Notes under the pieces: model-generated | Databases searched by the model: none | The model's input: the letters and a program-made list of their open reading frames with translations, nothing else | What the model was told of the DNA's origin: nothing | Shown here: positions 36,342 through 45,090 of the stretch, piece by piece | How positions within the stretch are numbered: position 1 is the stretch's first letter | Layout of the letters: each line of letters begins with the position of its first letter | Position numbers and translations under genes: made by a program | DNA from: Akkermansia muciniphila | GTDB taxonomy: Bacteria; Verrucomicrobiota; Kiritimatiellia; RFP12; UBA1067 | Reading direction: 5' to 3' | Assembly: GCA_945870145.1 (NCBI GenBank) | Contig: CAMBQV010000003.1 | Location: 1-46,499 of the forward strand | Length of the DNA stretch: 46,499 bases

Positions 36342-37540
36342 CGGACGGCCTGTTCGAGAAAATCCTCAGGCGTCGAGGCTCCGCTGGTGACCCCCAGGGA
36401 GTGATAAGGACTCCAATCTGTATGCAGGAGCTCGGAAAGGTCGCTGACCAAAACAGCCTCTGAACCTGCTGCCTGAGCGGTCTCCACCAGCCGTTGACTG
36501 TTGGAACTGTTGGCCGAACCTAGGACAATAACACACGCGCAGTGGTGTGCTAAATCCTTCACCGCCCGCTGACGGTCACGAGTTGCATAACAGATGTCTG
36601 TATGGGGAGGGGAGACAAGCTGGGTGTATCGGCTCCGCAGGGCAGCCATGACTTCCGCAACCTGGGATTCGCCGAGTGTGGTCTGGGTCACTACGGCAAT
36701 GGGACGGTCTAGCGGAAGGTCGAGTCGCCCCACCTCTTCTGCGTTTTCAACGACATGGACACGCTCTGGAGCCTCCCCGACCACGCCGATGACCTCTTCG
36801 TGGTTCCGATGGCCGATGCAGACGATCGCGATTCCCGTGGAGGCAAAGCGCTTGACCTCGTCATGCACCTTGGCGACAAAGGGGCAGGTCGCATCAATGA
36901 CCGTCAGGTTGCGGGAGGCGGCCTCCTGACGGACTTTTGGCGAGACCCCATGAGCTGAAAAAAGGAGCTTGGCGCCCTCCGGGACATCCTCCACGCATTT
37001 GACAAAATGTAGTCCCATGGACGTGAGACGTGTGACAACATGCTGGTTATGAACAATCTCGTTGAGACAGAAGATCGTTTCGTTCCCGCTCTTTTGCTCG
37101 AGCGTCTTCTCCGCCATGTGAATCGCCCGCGCGACACCCGTACAAAAGCCATGGGGCTGAGCAATAAAAAGACTGTTGAAGCCCGAACCCTGATCCTCTC
37201 CTAGCTCATACCCATCAGAAGGCTCTTCGTCCTGGAAGAGCGTGGGATCATCCTGTTCGAGCGACCTCAGGATCTGCTCGGCAGGAATCGCCGTTTTCTT
37301 TTGCGTGTTGCACGTTTGACATGCCGGCACGATATTGCCTTTTGTACTGGTACCACCACGCGCGACCGGCACGATGTGATCCATGGTGATGTCTTCGGAC
37401 GCGACCTTCTTCTTGCAGTAATGACAGACCCCAGCCTGCCGCTGTTGTTGCCACCAGACGCTTTTTCGTAAGGCTTTCGCCTTCTCTCGCTCCCGTTTGC
37501 TGTGATCGGGATCGCTCGGACTGTCAATCCACTCGCTCAT
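36308..37540 (-). CDS. ispH: HNH endonuclease fused to 4-hydroxy-3-methylbut-2-enyl diphosphate reductase IspH
   Basis: N-terminal CHYC..MDHIVPVARGG...GNIVPACQTCN, acidic linker, then GFC, EIVHN, FSAHGVS, DATCPFV, TQTT, DICYAT, GSANSSNS, GVTSGASTP. Confidence 0.93.
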   Translation of the reverse strand: MSEWIDSPSDPDHSKREREKAKALRKSVWWQQQRQAGVCHYCKKKVASEDITMDHIVPVARGGTSTKGNIVPACQTCNTQKKTAIPAEQILRSLEQDDPTLFQDEEPSDGYELGEDQGSGFNSLFIAQPHGFCTGVARAIHMAEKTLEQKSGNETIFCLNEIVHNQHVVTRLTSMGLHFVKCVEDVPEGAKLLFSAHGVSPKVRQEAASRNLTVIDATCPFVAKVHDEVKRFASTGIAIVCIGHRNHEEVIGVVGEAPERVHVVENAEEVGRLDLPLDRPIAVVTQTTLGESQVAEVMAALRSRYTQLVSPPHTDICYATRDRQRAVKDLAHHCACVIVLGSANSSNSQRLVETAQAAGSEAVLVSDLSELLHTDWSPYHSLGVTSGASTPEDFLEQAVRYLEQQGFSLV

Positions 37541-38390
37541 GCTTTTTAAAAAGTCCTGTCCGCCAGTTTTCAATACGAAGCGACTCCACCTCTTGCATTC
37601 CCAGCGCCTCATACGCCGCCTTAACGCCGTCATATTGTTCTACCAGAATACCCGACACAATCAGACGGGAGGAGAGGGACGCAATAATCTGCGGTGCAAA
37701 TTGGATGAGCACCGGCGCCAGAATGTTGGCGACCACGATGTCCGCAGGCGGATAGGGGTGGGAGAGGTCATCAATAGTAATGGGGATGGAGACGTTGTTG
37801 ATTTCAGCGTTTTCGTCAGAGACCTTTTTGCAGTCCGGATCATTATCAAAGCCGCGCACATCCTTGAAGCCCAATAATGCCGCGCCGATAGCCAGAATAC
37901 CTGAGCCGCAACCCATATCGAGCACCGAGCGGTTCACGTTTTCGGCGGCCAGCTGATCCAGGAATCGGAGACAGCCTTGAGTTGTCGCATGCTTGCCGGT
38001 ACCGAAGCTGAGACCGGGATCGAGCGTAATCACCACCTCGCCGGGTTTCGCCTCATATTTTTCCCAGGAGGGACGCACCACGATGCGATCAGAAATTTTT
38101 TCCACATGGAAGAAGCGCTTCCAGGCTTCGGCCCAGTCCGCGCGCGCGAGTGTGGAGAGCTCGGGCTTTAACGCCGGCAGGCCAGCCAGTTCGGCGGCTT
38201 GTTGGAGTGATTGGCAGACGCTCTCCACTTGCGAGGCATCTTCCAAAAAGACATCGAGGCGGCAGACCTTGGTCTCCACGTCAAACCACGCTGTCGGCGT
38301 AAAGACATCCGAGTCCAGCAGTTCAAATAGGGCGTCAACGTCTCCTTCCGCAATTGCGCAGGAGACAACAGTCAGAGTGTCAGGTATCAT
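37524..38390 (-). CDS. prmA: Ribosomal protein L11 methyltransferase
   Basis: DWAEAWKRFF, LDPGLSFGTGKHATT, VLDMGCGSGILAI, VANILA, SGIL. Confidence 0.95.
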   Translation of the reverse strand: MIPDTLTVVSCAIAEGDVDALFELLDSDVFTPTAWFDVETKVCRLDVFLEDASQVESVCQSLQQAAELAGLPALKPELSTLARADWAEAWKRFFHVEKISDRIVVRPSWEKYEAKPGEVVITLDPGLSFGTGKHATTQGCLRFLDQLAAENVNRSVLDMGCGSGILAIGAALLGFKDVRGFDNDPDCKKVSDENAEINNVSIPITIDDLSHPYPPADIVVANILAPVLIQFAPQIIASLSSRLIVSGILVEQYDGVKAAYEALGMQEVESLRIENWRTGLFKKHERVD

Positions 38391-38468
38391 TTGCAAAATA
38401 TCATAGCATCTGCGTGCCCGATCGGCTACAGAAAAGGGGATTCGTTTCTATCAAAGGTCTTATCGATC

Positions 38469-38563
38469 CCCCCGGCCTTGTGCCGGGGGTGAAGGAAGCT
38501 GGGTGGCGGTACGTCATCTCCTCCCTCAAACAACGTTTGCCTCCACCGACGCAAGGTCGGTGG
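38469..38563. repeat. Inverted pair of 21-bp palindromes
   Basis: CCCCCGGCCTTGTGCCGGGGG (38469-38489) and CCACCGACGCAAGGTCGGTGG (38543-38563). Confidence 0.65.
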
Positions 38564-38796
38564 GCGGCCGAGGTCAATGAATTGGAGTTGCGCCCCTGTT
38601 TTACTTGCGCCTTGAAGTTAAAAGACAAAAACAGGTATACTCTCATGCCTGATGTTAACCGTGTAAATCATGAACGACTCCGCGTTGGCGTTGGCGGGGT
38701 TAGAGGAAGATCAGCGTTCGGCGCAAGAGATTGTGATGGATATTTAAAACAGGTAGGCAATTTAGCAGTAACAGAGCAATAGAAAAAGGAGTTCAC

Positions 38797-40014
38797 ATGC
38801 AACGGAGGACATTTTTCATCAATTCAATGGCTTTGGCGGTAACGGAAACGCTCTTCGCACAAACCAACAAAGTGACGGCGGAGCTTCCGGCGAAACTTGA
38901 GGATAGGTCACGGAAGATCAAGGTCGGTTTTGTCGGCGGGGGTGGACGCGGACACTGGATTGCCGGTTTGTTCAAGGCGCACGGCGGATACGAAGCTGTC
39001 GCCGTGGCGGATTATTTCCAACCTGTGGCGGACAAGCTGGGGGACGTCTTTGGGGTGGCACGCGACAAGCGGTTTTCGGGATTGTCGGGTTATAAACGCG
39101 TCATTGAAAGCGGAATTGAAGCTCTGGTGATTGAAGATGTGCCCTACTTCTATCCTGAACAGGCCGCGGCGGCAGTGGCAGCGGGATTGCATGTGTACAT
39201 CGCCAAACCCGTGGCGGTGGATGTGCCCGGTACGCTGGCCATCGGCGAAGCGGGAAAAGCGGCGACACAGAAAGAGCGTGTCTTCTTGGTCGACTATCAG
39301 ATTCCCACCGATCCGTTTAACAGTGAGGTCGCTCAACGTATTCAGGCTGGAGGGCTGGGGCCGCTTGCGCAGGTGCAGACCTACGGAATTAGCAATGGGT
39401 TCTTTGATCCGCCGAAAACCGAGACGATCGAAAGTCGGTTGAGGGGTTTGATCTGGGTGAACGATGTGGCCTTGGGCTGCGACAATATCGGCAATTATGA
39501 TATTCATGCCATCGATGCGGCCATCTGGGTTCTTAAACAGCGGCCCATCTCTGCCGTGGGAACCTCCCGGAGCTGTCGCAAAGAGCCGCACGGAGATGGT
39601 CGCGACGTGATTTCACTGGTGTACGAATATGCCGATGGCGTGATCCATAACCATTATGGCACGGCGTTGAAAAACAACTCGGAGAGTATCTTGCGCGCCA
39701 CCTTTGCCGGACGCGATGCCAATGCGCAAATCATCTATGCGGGAAAAGCGTTTTTGCGCGGCGGGTCGCAACATTACGGCGGCGGCACCGTGGAGAACCT
39801 CTATAAGGCCGGCGCGGAACGCAATATCGCGTCGTTCTACAGGGATATCCTCAACGCGCGCTATGAAAACGAAACGGTCCCTCGGGCAGTGGACGGAACC
39901 CTCGCCTGCATCTTGGGCCGCGAGGCTGCCGCACGGGGTTGCAAACTCACGATGAAGGAGTTGCTCGCGGAAAACCGCAAACTGGATGTCGACCTCAAGG
40001 GACTTAAGGACTAA
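38797..40014 (+). CDS. Gfo/Idh/MocA oxidoreductase with probable Tat signal
   Basis: MQRRTFF twin-arginine motif, KIKVGFVGGGGRG, HVYIAKPVA, DIHAID; AGGAG RBS. Confidence 0.9.
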   Translation: MQRRTFFINSMALAVTETLFAQTNKVTAELPAKLEDRSRKIKVGFVGGGGRGHWIAGLFKAHGGYEAVAVADYFQPVADKLGDVFGVARDKRFSGLSGYKRVIESGIEALVIEDVPYFYPEQAAAAVAAGLHVYIAKPVAVDVPGTLAIGEAGKAATQKERVFLVDYQIPTDPFNSEVAQRIQAGGLGPLAQVQTYGISNGFFDPPKTETIESRLRGLIWVNDVALGCDNIGNYDIHAIDAAIWVLKQRPISAVGTSRSCRKEPHGDGRDVISLVYEYADGVIHNHYGTALKNNSESILRATFAGRDANAQIIYAGKAFLRGGSQHYGGGTVENLYKAGAERNIASFYRDILNARYENETVPRAVDGTLACILGREAAARGCKLTMKELLAENRKLDVDLKGLKD

Positions 40015-40060
40015 TCGGCTCCGTGAGTTGAAGACATTTCGGATCTTGCCTAAAACTTCA

Positions 40061-40199
40061 GGTGTTAGGGGCTAGGGGTCAGGGTTCAGGAAATACTTTG
40101 TGGCGAACCTTGTCGCGCCTGTCCGCCGTAACCCGAAGGGCGAAGGTGGAAACTTTGTCGATTCAAAAACTCTTCGTCTTTGTGCCTCCGTGTTGAAAA
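40061..40199 (-). repeat. Composite intergenic repeat element, copy B
   Basis: Reverse complement reads CAACACGGAGGCAC...TCGACAAAG..[hairpin]..CGCGACAAGG.CGCCACAAAG..CCTGAACCCTGACCCCTAGCCCC, colinear with 2345-2525. Confidence 0.75.
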
Positions 40200-40225
40200 G
40201 TTACTCTTCAGTTTATTCCCGGGGC

Positions 40226-40257
40226 ACTGATAACTGACCACTGGTTACTGATGACTG
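40226..40257 (+). repeat. 7-mer tandem array ACTGNNN x4.5
   Basis: ACTGATA ACTGACC ACTGGTT ACTGATG ACTG. Confidence 0.75.
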
Positions 40258-40336
40258 TGCCGCCCCCGGCAGTTGGCTGGTAGAGGCATAAGCACCATTT
40301 AAAATTTTTGACCGGATACGTTCTCGCTTGTCTATT

Positions 40337-40365
40337 TGCATGAAATGTGATTACATATTCATGCA
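40337..40365. promoter_or_regulatory. Probable vapBC operator
   Basis: TGCATGAA-ATGT-GATT-ACAT-A-TTCATGCA inverted repeat just upstream of the GGGAGG RBS. Confidence 0.6.
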
Positions 40366-40386
40366 CAAAGAAAAGGGAGGTCTAAA

Positions 40387-40650
40387 ATGGCTATATTACA
40401 GGTTCGAAGCATGGATAATATGTTGTATGATGCACTGGGCAGGCTGGCGGCATCAGAAAATCGCTCTATCAGCCAGCAAGTCATTGAGATTATTAAGACT
40501 TATTTAGGCACGCCACGCCAGGAGCTTATCAGCAGGGACGATGCGGCGTTGTCGTTAGCTGGAGCGTGGAAAGATGAGCGGTCTGAGAAGGAAATTGTGA
40601 AGGAGATTCGCAAGAGTCGCGCAACAAAAAGATTTCAGGAGGTGTTATAA
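40387..40650 (+). CDS. FitA/VapB-like ribbon-helix-helix antitoxin
   Basis: MAILQVR....LYDAL..LA..ENRSISQQVI, LAGAWKD; abuts a PIN toxin gene. Confidence 0.88.
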   Translation: MAILQVRSMDNMLYDALGRLAASENRSISQQVIEIIKTYLGTPRQELISRDDAALSLAGAWKDERSEKEIVKEIRKSRATKRFQEVL

Positions 40651-41043
40651 ATGTACTTGCTTGATACGGATACGTTGATTTATTTTCTCAAGGGTAATGC
40701 TTCCGTGCTTGCGCATTTTAAAGCGAGCAGGAATATGCCCAAGGCTTTTTCCGTTGTGACGTATGGGGAGTTGATCTATGGCTGTCGTAAATCACAGCGC
40801 ATGAACGAAAATTTGGCAAAAGTGAGACATTTGGCAGAGATCTATCCCGTCATCGATGTAACGCGTCCAATCATGGAGTGTTTTGGTGAATTAAAGGCCA
40901 TTCTCAGTTCAGCGGGAACAGTGGTTGATGATTTTGATTTGCTGATTGGCTGTACGGCGCTGACTATGAATTATTCCATGGTGACCAACAACATTAAACA
41001 TTACCAGAAAATTCCAGGACTCAAGGTGGTGAATTGGGCGTGA
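40651..41043 (+). CDS. vapC: VapC PIN-domain toxin
   Basis: YLLDTD, GELIYG, DFDLLIG, VTNNIKHY..IPGL..NW. Confidence 0.95.
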   Translation: MYLLDTDTLIYFLKGNASVLAHFKASRNMPKAFSVVTYGELIYGCRKSQRMNENLAKVRHLAEIYPVIDVTRPIMECFGELKAILSSAGTVVDDFDLLIGCTALTMNYSMVTNNIKHYQKIPGLKVVNWA

Positions 41044-41099
41044 CTTAAAGCGTGCCTATAGAGGGGCCTTTGGTTGAGCAAACAACCGGGATAACCTTC

Positions 41100-41136
41100 G
41101 GGGCCAGAGTCAGGGGCTAGAGTCGGGGCTAGAGTC
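41100..41136 (+). repeat. Three near-tandem 12-mers GGGGCYAGAGTC
   Basis: Copies at 41100, 41113 and 41125. Confidence 0.75.
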
Positions 41137-41253
41137 GATCATTCATAAATCATTGACATCGCTACGTTCCGGACCCCTCGCGAATGATAACTGATAAAGA
41201 GCGCGCTACAGCGTATTGGGAGACGTTCCGAATCCTCAGAGAAAAGAAAACAG

Positions 41254-41688
41254 ATGAAAATATCGTGGATTGTATTACTGGTTGCCTGCATCACCATGTT
41301 GCTAGGAACATGTTCCATAGAACAGATAGCTATAGAAAGAGAGGTGCTAAGCATCTGTAACTTTACTTATTGGGGAGCTAAATGTTCATCAAAAAAAATT
41401 ATACCTCTTAGAGTAATAAAAATGGTTGATGTCCAGTTGTGTACGAGTTATATGCATAAAGGAGGAACACCCTATGGAGTAAGTATCATAACAGATACGG
41501 AGCGGACATTATTAACGTCCTGCATATTTAACTCGGAAGAAAAGGCGAGGAAAGTAAAAAAACAGATTGAAGATGGAATTAGTAGTGGAACTTTCTTCTC
41601 GAGGCGAATGGCGAATTTTGTTTGCGTTTATGCAAGTTTGATTGGAGTGATTTTATGGTTTCTCTTTGACCGTAAGATTTTTCAGTGA
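41254..41688 (+). CDS. Hypothetical AT-rich membrane protein
   Basis: 144-aa ORF with hydrophobic N- and C-terminal segments. Confidence 0.65.
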   Translation: MKISWIVLLVACITMLLGTCSIEQIAIEREVLSICNFTYWGAKCSSKKIIPLRVIKMVDVQLCTSYMHKGGTPYGVSIITDTERTLLTSCIFNSEEKARKVKKQIEDGISSGTFFSRRMANFVCVYASLIGVILWFLFDRKIFQ

Positions 41689-41713
41689 TTGAAATATTAG
41701 GAAAGGAAATCAA

Positions 41714-42214
41714 ATGAAAAAAATAGGAATGTTGTTTGTCATGTTAGCGTTAGTCGCCGTTATAGGGCTAACTCAAAAAGCGCCGGCTGATGTGTCCGCA
41801 CGCCTCAAGGAACTGAACAGCTACTGGGCGGAGGTCTCCCGCTGTGTCCGAGAAGGGGACTTTGCGGGCTACAAGGCAACCTGCCATCCGGAGGGTGTCA
41901 TTGTCTCCGGAACAAGCCAGAAAGCGTATCCCCTTTCAGAAGCGCTCGTTCGCTGGGAGCAGGATTTTACCAATACAAAATCAGGCAAAGTGAAAGGTAA
42001 CGTGGTATTTCGATTCAGCCAGCGGCTGGGCGATAGAACCACGGCCCACGAGACCGGCATGTTCTGCTATACCACGTTTAAACCCGATGGCACCAGTAGC
42101 AATGACTATATTCATCTGGAAGCCCTGCTGCTGAAACGCGGCACTTGGCAAATCATGATGGAGTATCAGAAGTCACGCGGCACCGAAGAAGAGTGGAATA
42201 AACTTAAGGAGTAA
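41714..42214 (+). CDS. Exported NTF2-fold (DUF4440/SnoaL-like) protein
   Basis: Signal peptide; YWAEVSRCVREGDFAGY, FRFSQRL, TAHETGMF, WQIMMEYQKS; AAGGA RBS. Confidence 0.8.
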   Translation: MKKIGMLFVMLALVAVIGLTQKAPADVSARLKELNSYWAEVSRCVREGDFAGYKATCHPEGVIVSGTSQKAYPLSEALVRWEQDFTNTKSGKVKGNVVFRFSQRLGDRTTAHETGMFCYTTFKPDGTSSNDYIHLEALLLKRGTWQIMMEYQKSRGTEEEWNKLKE

Positions 42215-42248
42215 GTTGCTGTACGGTGCGGGCGGCGGGTCTACATCT

Positions 42249-42310
42249 AAGGTGTGGCAGACATTCCTGTCTGCCTTTTATTGCGCAGACAGGAATGTCT
42301 GCGCCACCTT
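42249..42310. repeat. REP doublet between convergent genes
   Basis: AAGGTGTGGCAGACATTCCTGTCTGCC-TTTTATT-GCGCAGACAGGAATGTCTGCGCCACCTT. Confidence 0.82.
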
Positions 42311-42331
42311 TCTGAACCCTGCCCCCACTCC

Positions 42332-43906
42332 CTACACCTCCGTACAAACCGCGGCGTGGGCGTTGATCTCTTTGCGGATGTCCGCCATGAGTTTTTCACC
42401 GACGCAGGTGTTTACCTTGACGATCGCGAGGGAGCGGTTCGTCTTAGGATCATGCGGATTGCGCATGTCTTCGATGTTGATGCCCGCATCGGCCAGTTTA
42501 CGGCTGATGGTGGCGATGACACCGGGACGGTCGTCGTAGACACAGAAGAGCGTCATGCCGTTTGGTTCGAAGTAGAGACGGTCGAATTCGTCAATGCGTG
42601 AAACCATGAGGTGGCTCTCGGTCACTGTGCCGCGGATGCTGTAGCGACGAAGTTGCTTGTCCTCGCGTTCCACAGTCATATCCACGGTCAACGCATTACC
42701 ATAGCCCTTGTCAATCGTTTCGCGGTTCACGAGCTCAATACCCATATCCTTGAGGAACTTGAGCGCCGCCTTGTAGTCGTTGTAACGGTCGAAATCGGTC
42801 CAGAGTCCGGAGAGGACCGAGACGGTCAGCCACTTGCTGAAGGGCGCGAGCTGTCCGTAGAAACTGGTCTCCAGAATCTTGATCGGACGGGTTGTGCCGG
42901 CGATCTGACGGATGAGCATGGAGAGCTGATAGGCCAGTTCGCAATAGGCGCGTTCGAGTCCGTCGGGGATATCGCGGTTGACGATGCAACTCATATCGCC
43001 CTTTTCATCCAGATCAATGAGCTCCTTGGCGGCGCGTTCGGCAGCCACATAGTTCGCCTCATTGGTGTTGGCGCCCAGATGGGGGAGCATGAGGTCGGCG
43101 ATGTCCGCCATCGGCTTCGGTCCTGCCTCGTCCTTGGTGTAAACATCGTTCAGATAGCGCAGTCCCTTTTCCGCCTTGATGGCGCGGAAGGCATCCTCGT
43201 CAATGATGCCATAGCGTGCGCAGTTGACAAGGGTGGCGCCCTTCTTCATCAGGCCGAGTAGCTTGGTGCTGACGAGGTTCTTGGTGCTTTCACCGCCCGG
43301 GATGTGAAGGGTAACGTAATCGCACTGGGCGAAAATCTGTTCGAGGGTTGCGCTCTCGATGCCCAGATCGCGCATGCGGTCCGTGGTGATGATCGGGTCG
43401 TATGCGAGGAAGCGGCACTCAAACCCAGTCAGACGCTTGGCGACTAGGCGTCCGATGTTACCGAGACCGACAATGCCGACGGTCTTGCCGGTGAGCTCCT
43501 TGCCCATGTATTTGTTCTTCTCCCAGAGACCTGCGCGCGTGGTCGTGTCACCTGCAACGATATGGCGCGCGTCCGCCAGCATCATGGCAATCACCTCTTC
43601 AGCTACGCCATTCGCATTGGCGCCTGGGGTGTTCATGACATCCACCCCTTTTTTGCGGGCATGCTTGATGTCAATCGTGTCAAAACCTGCGCCAGCGCGG
43701 ACCACAACCTTCAACTGGGGCAGGGCATCCATGATTGCATCGGAGACTTTTTCACTGCGCACGATGAGGGCGTAGGTTTCCGGGTGGAGCTTTACCAGCT
43801 CTTCGATGGGGGTCTTTCCGTCCTGAACCACGGCGTAACCGCCATGTGCCTTGAGAAGGTCAGCCGCGACGGAATCTAACTTTGTTGGGATAAGAACCTT
43901 TTTCAT
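42332..43906 (-). CDS. serA: D-3-phosphoglycerate dehydrogenase with C-terminal ACT domain
   Basis: RAGAGFDTID, VMNTPGANA, GIVGLGNIG, VNCAR, PHLGANT, DDRPGVIA (ACT). Confidence 0.9.
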   Translation of the reverse strand: MKKVLIPTKLDSVAADLLKAHGGYAVVQDGKTPIEELVKLHPETYALIVRSEKVSDAIMDALPQLKVVVRAGAGFDTIDIKHARKKGVDVMNTPGANANGVAEEVIAMMLADARHIVAGDTTTRAGLWEKNKYMGKELTGKTVGIVGLGNIGRLVAKRLTGFECRFLAYDPIITTDRMRDLGIESATLEQIFAQCDYVTLHIPGGESTKNLVSTKLLGLMKKGATLVNCARYGIIDEDAFRAIKAEKGLRYLNDVYTKDEAGPKPMADIADLMLPHLGANTNEANYVAAERAAKELIDLDEKGDMSCIVNRDIPDGLERAYCELAYQLSMLIRQIAGTTRPIKILETSFYGQLAPFSKWLTVSVLSGLWTDFDRYNDYKAALKFLKDMGIELVNRETIDKGYGNALTVDMTVEREDKQLRRYSIRGTVTESHLMVSRIDEFDRLYFEPNGMTLFCVYDDRPGVIATISRKLADAGINIEDMRNPHDPKTNRSLAIVKVNTCVGEKLMADIRKEINAHAAVCTEV

Positions 43907-44040
43907 GCTTCAACTGTCCCTTGGGGTTTGATAATCTGTTTACATCACTAGAGGAAGCTAAGAATGACCCGCTTCTCTGTAAAGTGAATTAGTGTAGCGC
44001 AAACCGTTTGGAAACGCAAGAACGAGCAGGAAAAAGCCTC

Positions 44041-45090
44041 ATGAAGAAACAACGTCTCTTTTGCATTGTATCGCTAGTCTCTTTGTGCGCGAGCGCACAA
44101 TTTGAAGACCCGTCCAGTCAGCGTCCAGCAGGAGCCCCTCCCAAAAATTCCGGATATGCAACTGATCAGTTTGAAGGTTTTAAAAATCTGGATCCAGACG
44201 AACGACTCTCCCAGAAGGAGGACTCGATCTGGTTTGGCGTATCGGCTGAATCAGCTGCCCATCAACTGGCTTATTGCCGCAAAGCTTTTGCCGATGGATA
44301 TCTGCGTCGCGCACGCAAGGGCTACGAGGCGTTGATCCGCAAATGGCCGACCACCAAGGAGGCTGCTGAGGCTCAGCTCGGACTCGCGCAACTTTATGAA
44401 GCACGCAAAAACTATGCGCGTGCATTTGAAGAGTATCTGTATTTGTTGACCTTCTATTCAGGCGCGTGTCCCTACAACGATATTTTAGATCGGCAGTTTA
44501 AAATTGCAAATCTGCTGCGAGCGGATAACAAAAGTATGTTTGGCTTTCTCCTTGGGGAGTCTGAGGAAAACCGGGTGCGTTATGAACAGATTGTGCGCAA
44601 GGCCCCTCGTTCCGAAATGGCGCCCAAGTGTATGCTGATCATCGGTGATATTCGACAAGAACAAAAAGAGATGGAGGAAGCCATCAAAGTCTATGATGGC
44701 TTGTTGAATCGCTTCCCCAAGTCGCCAGAGGCTGAAGTCGCTGCCTTCTTTGCTTCTCAGGCTCGTTATGAGCGTGCGAAGAACCAGAAGTCGAATGAGG
44801 CCAATCTGCGCGATGCCCGCTCCTTTATGCAGTCGGTCGTACAGATCATGCCAGGACATCCTCAGAAAGATCAGCTCGCCCTGTGGGTGGCGGAACTCAG
44901 CGAGCAACTCGAGGAGCATAGTTACGCCACGGCAATCTTTTATGATACCAAGCAACGGAATACGGCAGCGGCAATCGCGGCCTATCGTCGTTTTCTCTCG
45001 GAATTTCGTAGTTCAAAATATGAAGAGCGTGTGCGTGAACGTCTCCTGGAACTCGAAGCACGTGAACCCAAGAAAGGAACCGAAAAATGA
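44041..45090 (+). CDS. TPR outer-membrane assembly protein (BamD-like)
   Basis: Signal peptide, repeated TPR-like units (YEALIRKWP, YDGLLNRFP, YRRFLSEF), directly upstream of lptE. Confidence 0.75.
   Translation: MKKQRLFCIVSLVSLCASAQFEDPSSQRPAGAPPKNSGYATDQFEGFKNLDPDERLSQKEDSIWFGVSAESAAHQLAYCRKAFADGYLRRARKGYEALIRKWPTTKEAAEAQLGLAQLYEARKNYARAFEEYLYLLTFYSGACPYNDILDRQFKIANLLRADNKSMFGFLLGESEENRVRYEQIVRKAPRSEMAPKCMLIIGDIRQEQKEMEEAIKVYDGLLNRFPKSPEAEVAAFFASQARYERAKNQKSNEANLRDARSFMQSVVQIMPGHPQKDQLALWVAELSEQLEEHSYATAIFYDTKQRNTAAAIAAYRRFLSEFRSSKYEERVRERLLELEAREPKKGTEK

Noticed and set aside
37541-37633. N-terminal extensions in the ORF track (ispH 37633, TolC 19521, M16 21884, antitoxin 3974, BamD-like 44008)
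   Set aside because: They overlap neighbouring genes or repeats; downstream ATGs have a better RBS, signal peptide or gene spacing.
41100-41136. CRISPR-like interpretation of the short repeat arrays
   Set aside because: Units are 7-12 nt with no unique spacers, and there are no cas genes.
41044-42248. Integron cassette array
   Set aside because: No recognisable attC (RYYYAAC...GTTRRRY) pairs and no intI.
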